A model generated the notes under the pieces. That model was not told the origin of the DNA and made no database searches. It worked only from the letters and a program-made list of their open reading frames with translations. A program made the position numbers and the translations under genes. Below, piece after piece: positions 60,331-64,000 of a stretch of 64,000 bases of DNA. Origin of the DNA: a candidate division FCPU426 bacterium. GTDB lineage: Bacteria; Oederibacteriota; Muellerivitia; Muellerivitales; Muellerivitaceae. Position 1 is the first letter of the stretch; every line of letters begins with the position of its first letter. Location of the stretch: the NCBI GenBank assembly GCA_963830915.1, contig CAWHOE010000006.1:256001-320000 (forward strand), in the 5' to 3' direction.

Positions 60331-61913
60331 TCAAAGGAGTTTCCATGTTCTGTCGTCTGTTATTCTTTTTTCTGCTCACATCGGTTTCCTTGGCGGCTGA
60401 CATCAATGTTTTAGTCATGCCCGACGAGGTTGTGGGGCCGATCAGTCCCTATATCTACGGCCTGAACGATCAAGATCCGAGCGGGACAGGCGCCACCTTG
60501 CGCCGTCTGGGCGGTAACCGAATGACGGGGTACAACTGGGTCAATAACGCCTCCAACGCCGGGAGTGATTGGAAACAAACCAGTGACGATTGGATGTGCG
60601 GGAACCATCTCCACTACACCGACTGTGACCAGCCAGGGGCCATGGCCCGGCATTTTGTGGAAGAGAACCAAAAGGCTGGCCTGGATACCCTGATGACCAT
60701 CCCCATGGCGGGATATGTAGCCGCCGATAAAAATGGAGAAGTGTTGGAAACCGAAAAAGCCCCAAGCAAACGCTGGAAGAAGATCGATTTCCATAAGAAG
60801 GGGCTATATACGCTTAATCCCAATCCCAACGCTGCTGTGGTTTACGAGGATGAGTTCGTCCATTTCTTGGTATCCAACTTCAAAAAAGGGTCCGAAGGCG
60901 GGGTGAGGTTCTACGACCTGGATAATGAGCCCGGCATCTGGTCCTCCGCCCATCCCAGGCTCCATCCGTCCAAGACGGCTTATTGGGAAATGCGCAACAA
61001 GACCGAATCGGCCGCCGAGAATATTCTTCGGGTGGATCCCACCGCGATCCTTTTGGGAGGGGTCTGTTATGGCTGGCAGGAATTCCTGACCCTCCAGGAC
61101 GCCCCGGACAGCAAAGAACTTAACCAGACCTTCGAGACTTACCTGGATTTTTACCTGGATTTCATCCACGGACTCCAGTTGTCCTATCACAAACCGCTGG
61201 TCCATGTCCTGGACCTGCACTGGTACCCGGAAGCCCAGGGCGCGAACAAGCGCATCACTGAAAATGACATCACCCCCGATTCCATCGAGGCCCGTTTACA
61301 GGCGCCTCGGAGCCTTTGGGACCCGGGTTATGTGGAAAAAAGTTGGATCACCCAATGGTCCACCAAAGGGAAGGCGATCCAATTGATCCCCTGGGTCGAG
61401 GAAAAGATCGGTAAAAGATCCCCCGGGACCAAACTCGCTTTTTCCGAATACAACTATGGGGCGGGTGACCATGTATCGGGGGGACTAGCTCAGGCCGACG
61501 TCCTGGGGATCTTCGGAAAATACGGCGTCTTTCTTTCCTGTTTTTTTGGGGACCTTAAACCTTATAACAAAGCGGCACTCCAGCTCTATCGCAATTACGA
61601 TGGAAAGGGAGGTTACTTTGGGGGTACGGAGGTTTCCTCCGGGACCGAGGATGTCGCCCAGACCTCGGTCTATGCTTCGACCGATCGGCAAAAACCAGGC
61701 GTACTTTGGTTAGTGGTATTGAACAAGAATCAAAAGGATTCGGTCCACGCCAAGATCAAATTCCAGGGGATTGAAGTTTACCAAGAGTTCGAATCCTATG
61801 GATTCAACGGTCAGTCATCCGAGATCAAGCCTTTTAAAGCCGGCCCCATCGAGCGGGATCACTTTGACTGTGAACTCCCGCCGCTCTCAGCGACTCTCTT
61901 CGTATGTCATTGA
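60327..61913 (+). CDS. GH44 endoglucanase/xyloglucanase
   Basis: ISPYIYG.N, RRLGGNRMTGYNW.NNASNAGSDW, LDNEPGIW..HP, LDLHWYPEA, SEYNYG, GGLAQAD.LG; start TTG 60327 or ATG 60345; no tail. Confidence 0.93.
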   Translation: MIKGVSMFCRLLFFFLLTSVSLAADINVLVMPDEVVGPISPYIYGLNDQDPSGTGATLRRLGGNRMTGYNWVNNASNAGSDWKQTSDDWMCGNHLHYTDCDQPGAMARHFVEENQKAGLDTLMTIPMAGYVAADKNGEVLETEKAPSKRWKKIDFHKKGLYTLNPNPNAAVVYEDEFVHFLVSNFKKGSEGGVRFYDLDNEPGIWSSAHPRLHPSKTAYWEMRNKTESAAENILRVDPTAILLGGVCYGWQEFLTLQDAPDSKELNQTFETYLDFYLDFIHGLQLSYHKPLVHVLDLHWYPEAQGANKRITENDITPDSIEARLQAPRSLWDPGYVEKSWITQWSTKGKAIQLIPWVEEKIGKRSPGTKLAFSEYNYGAGDHVSGGLAQADVLGIFGKYGVFLSCFFGDLKPYNKAALQLYRNYDGKGGYFGGTEVSSGTEDVAQTSVYASTDRQKPGVLWLVVLNKNQKDSVHAKIKFQGIEVYQEFESYGFNGQSSEIKPFKAGPIERDHFDCELPPLSATLFVCH

Positions 61914-61962
61914 ATTTGACAGAACTCATGCCTGTATATCGGGATGAGCCTGGATCGGATAA

Positions 61963-62823
61963 TTAATTCGATCCGTTTCGGGGCCATCGGCACCATGGAA
62001 ATTGGCTGGCGATACCAGCTTCGATCCAGTCGGCGGGCAGGAACCTCTTCAAGAAATAAAGCGCCTTGTCCTCGAACTTGACCAGATAACGTCGTTTCAT
62101 GGGTTTATCGCTTAAGGCTTTCAAGACCACCTTGACCAATAATTGAATGGGCGCAGCGCCTTTGAACCTTTCAATGGCGAAAGCTTCGTAAGACTTCGTG
62201 AATTCCGTATAGGGCGAATCCGGGCTCAATGCCTTCTCACCCTTGCGGGAATTCTGTACCACCGCCGTCTGGATCTCGCTTGGTACAAGTTCGGAAACTT
62301 CCACTCCGAATTCCTTCACTTCCATTCTCAAGGCGTCGGTCAAGGATCTCACGGCGAACTTGGTGGCAGAATAGGGACCCAAAACGGGCAACGCCACCAG
62401 ACCACCCACACTGCCCACATTCAGGATCTTTCCCGACCGCTGGGCCCTCATGATCGGCAATATTTCCCTGGCGACCCTCAAAAGGCCGAACACGTTCGTC
62501 TCGAACTGGGCCTTAAGGTCAGCGTCGGACACATCCTCCCAAAAACCCGCCATGACGAACCCCGCGTTGTTCATGAGGAAGTCGATCCCTTTTTCCTTGC
62601 GGTATACCTGGGCCACGGCTTTTTTGACCGAAGAGGCTGAATCCACATCCATCCGCAGGGGAACGACTTTCAAGGTCTTGGAAAGTTTTCTAAGGGGTTC
62701 CGCTCTTTTTACGCTTCGATAGGTTCCATAGACTTTCCACCCTTTTTTCGCCAGCGCCTCAGCGCAAGCCAAGCCCATTCCCGAATTGGCGCCCGTGATC
62801 AGGGCTATGGGAAGTTCTCTCAT
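61963..62823 (-). CDS. SDR oxidoreductase
   Basis: TGANSGMG, NNAG, YSATKFA. Confidence 0.92.
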   Translation of the reverse strand: MRELPIALITGANSGMGLACAEALAKKGWKVYGTYRSVKRAEPLRKLSKTLKVVPLRMDVDSASSVKKAVAQVYRKEKGIDFLMNNAGFVMAGFWEDVSDADLKAQFETNVFGLLRVAREILPIMRAQRSGKILNVGSVGGLVALPVLGPYSATKFAVRSLTDALRMEVKEFGVEVSELVPSEIQTAVVQNSRKGEKALSPDSPYTEFTKSYEAFAIERFKGAAPIQLLVKVVLKALSDKPMKRRYLVKFEDKALYFLKRFLPADWIEAGIASQFPWCRWPRNGSN

Positions 62824-63668
62824 GACGCCCTCTTGAATCTGGAATAAACAAAATCCATCACTCTGTCGTAAAGAAGATCGGGGAGAAATTTTTGGATGAA
62901 GGGGTAAAAACGAGCGTCCAAACCCACCGGATAACGGGTGGACATCCTGCGGTCATTCAATGCCTTCCAGATGACCTTGGCGACCAGTTCGGGTCCCGGG
63001 GCCTTGGCGGACTTTCGGTCACCGTATTCCAGAACACCTCGCAGGGTCTTTCCGTAAAGGGATTTTCCATTCTTGAAGGTAATATTTTGTCTCCGATTAT
63101 CCTTGAAACGAGTATGGATCTGGCCAGGCTCGATGGCCGCCACTTGGATATTGAATGGCCGCAACTCCAATCGCAGGCTCTCGGTAATGGCGTCAACCAC
63201 GTGCTTGGTGGAACTGTATAGCCCGATACCGGCAAAGGTGATGTGCCCCGCCACCGAACCCACGTTCAGGACACGGCCCGATCCTTGGGATCTCATAGCA
63301 GGCAGAACCGCTTTCGTCACTCGCATTAGCCCGAACACATTGGTCTCGTATTGGGCCTTGACCTCATCGTCGGTAAATTCCTCGATGGCCCCGAAAGCTC
63401 CCCATCCCGCGTTATTGATAAGAACGTCGATCCGGCCTGTTTTCTTGAGCAATGATTGGACGGTTTTTTGGACCAAGGTGGTTTGATCCACATCCAGGGG
63501 TATGACCTCCAAAGACAGGCCTTTTGACCTTTCCCGCAAAGGTCCAGCTTTTTTGGGGTCCCGCATGGTGGCGAATACCTGGCAACCATGGCTGGCCAAT
63601 AGGCGAGCCGTTTCCAACCCGATGCCGGAAGAACAACCAGTGATCAGGACAACAGGTTTTATATCCAA
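62820..63668 (-). CDS. SDR oxidoreductase
   Basis: TGCSSGIG, NNAG, YSSTKH; TTG 63668 with GGAG RBS. Confidence 0.9.
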   Translation of the reverse strand: MDIKPVVLITGCSSGIGLETARLLASHGCQVFATMRDPKKAGPLRERSKGLSLEVIPLDVDQTTLVQKTVQSLLKKTGRIDVLINNAGWGAFGAIEEFTDDEVKAQYETNVFGLMRVTKAVLPAMRSQGSGRVLNVGSVAGHITFAGIGLYSSTKHVVDAITESLRLELRPFNIQVAAIEPGQIHTRFKDNRRQNITFKNGKSLYGKTLRGVLEYGDRKSAKAPGPELVAKVIWKALNDRRMSTRYPVGLDARFYPFIQKFLPDLLYDRVMDFVYSRFKRAS

Positions 63669-63833
63669 AACGAGACTCCAGGTCGATGTTTTAAGGGAAC
63701 AGTCTAAAGGGGCTGGACGAAATCCTGAAGATAAAAAACCTCCGACAAATCTTTCCACATTGCCCAAAGGGACAAAAAACGATAGGATAAGTTTTCCTAG
63801 CCATTTGGCACTCTCATAAATCAAGGAGAGTTT

Positions 63834-64000
63834 ATGCGCCTTCAAACCTTTTTAGCCCTGATCCTATTAATGAGTCTCCCACTTCCAACCCTGTTAAGGG
63901 CCGGCGTTACCATTTCGGTGGATGCGTCCAAAATAGGCGCCGAAATCGCTAAAGGAAATTCCGGGGGGAACTCCTCGGAAATGAATGATGTCAATAATTA
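63834..64000 (+). CDS. N-terminus of a secreted protein, truncated by the window edge (possibly another glycoside hydrolase)
   Basis: AAGGAGA RBS; MRLQTFLALILLMSLPLPTLLRA-GVTISVDASKIGAEI..., open to the window end. Confidence 0.65.
   Translation, partial: MRLQTFLALILLMSLPLPTLLRAGVTISVDASKIGAEIAKGNSGGNSSEMNDVNN

Overview
Bacterial genomic window; almost everything from ~2 kb to ~52.5 kb is on the minus strand. (1) 0.2-7.4 kb: ECF sigma/anti-sigma pair, then LemA, two YbhB/YbcL proteins, a nucleotidyltransferase, a TPM protein, a macrodomain protein and a CoA-binding protein. (2) 7.4-18.9 kb: respiratory cluster with Rieske, split cytochrome b (b6-like plus subunit-IV-like), an octaheme cytochrome c, a cupredoxin-like lipoprotein, CtaA, CtaB, an ABC-2 transporter, SCO and DUF420, but no terminal-oxidase subunits. 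(3) 19-52.5 kb: polysaccharide-degradation island with a PQQ sugar dehydrogenase, a CE4 deacetylase, an AraC regulator and six 1150-1938 aa secreted multimodular CAZymes (clan GH-A+GH18; CE4-like+unknown domain; GH28-like+DUF4434+GH5; GH74; GH8; GH8+malectin). All six end in a ~230-345 aa Thr-alternating stalk and a conserved ~89 aa tail (PVxYPNP...FTxAFRKVQ...[13 protein letters not shown]...KLLILR), and three carry an extra ~135 aa beta-rich domain before the tail. This T9SS-like tail/stalk system is the strongest candidate for an undescribed secretion or surface-display system. (4) 52.7-64 kb: SDRs, GNAT, a STAND ATPase-TPR protein, tRNA-Arg(TCG), two GT-C-like membrane proteins and GH44. 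Four genes carry single-base frameshifts in short homopolymers (five sites), most likely sequencing errors. All family calls are by eye; no database searches were run.
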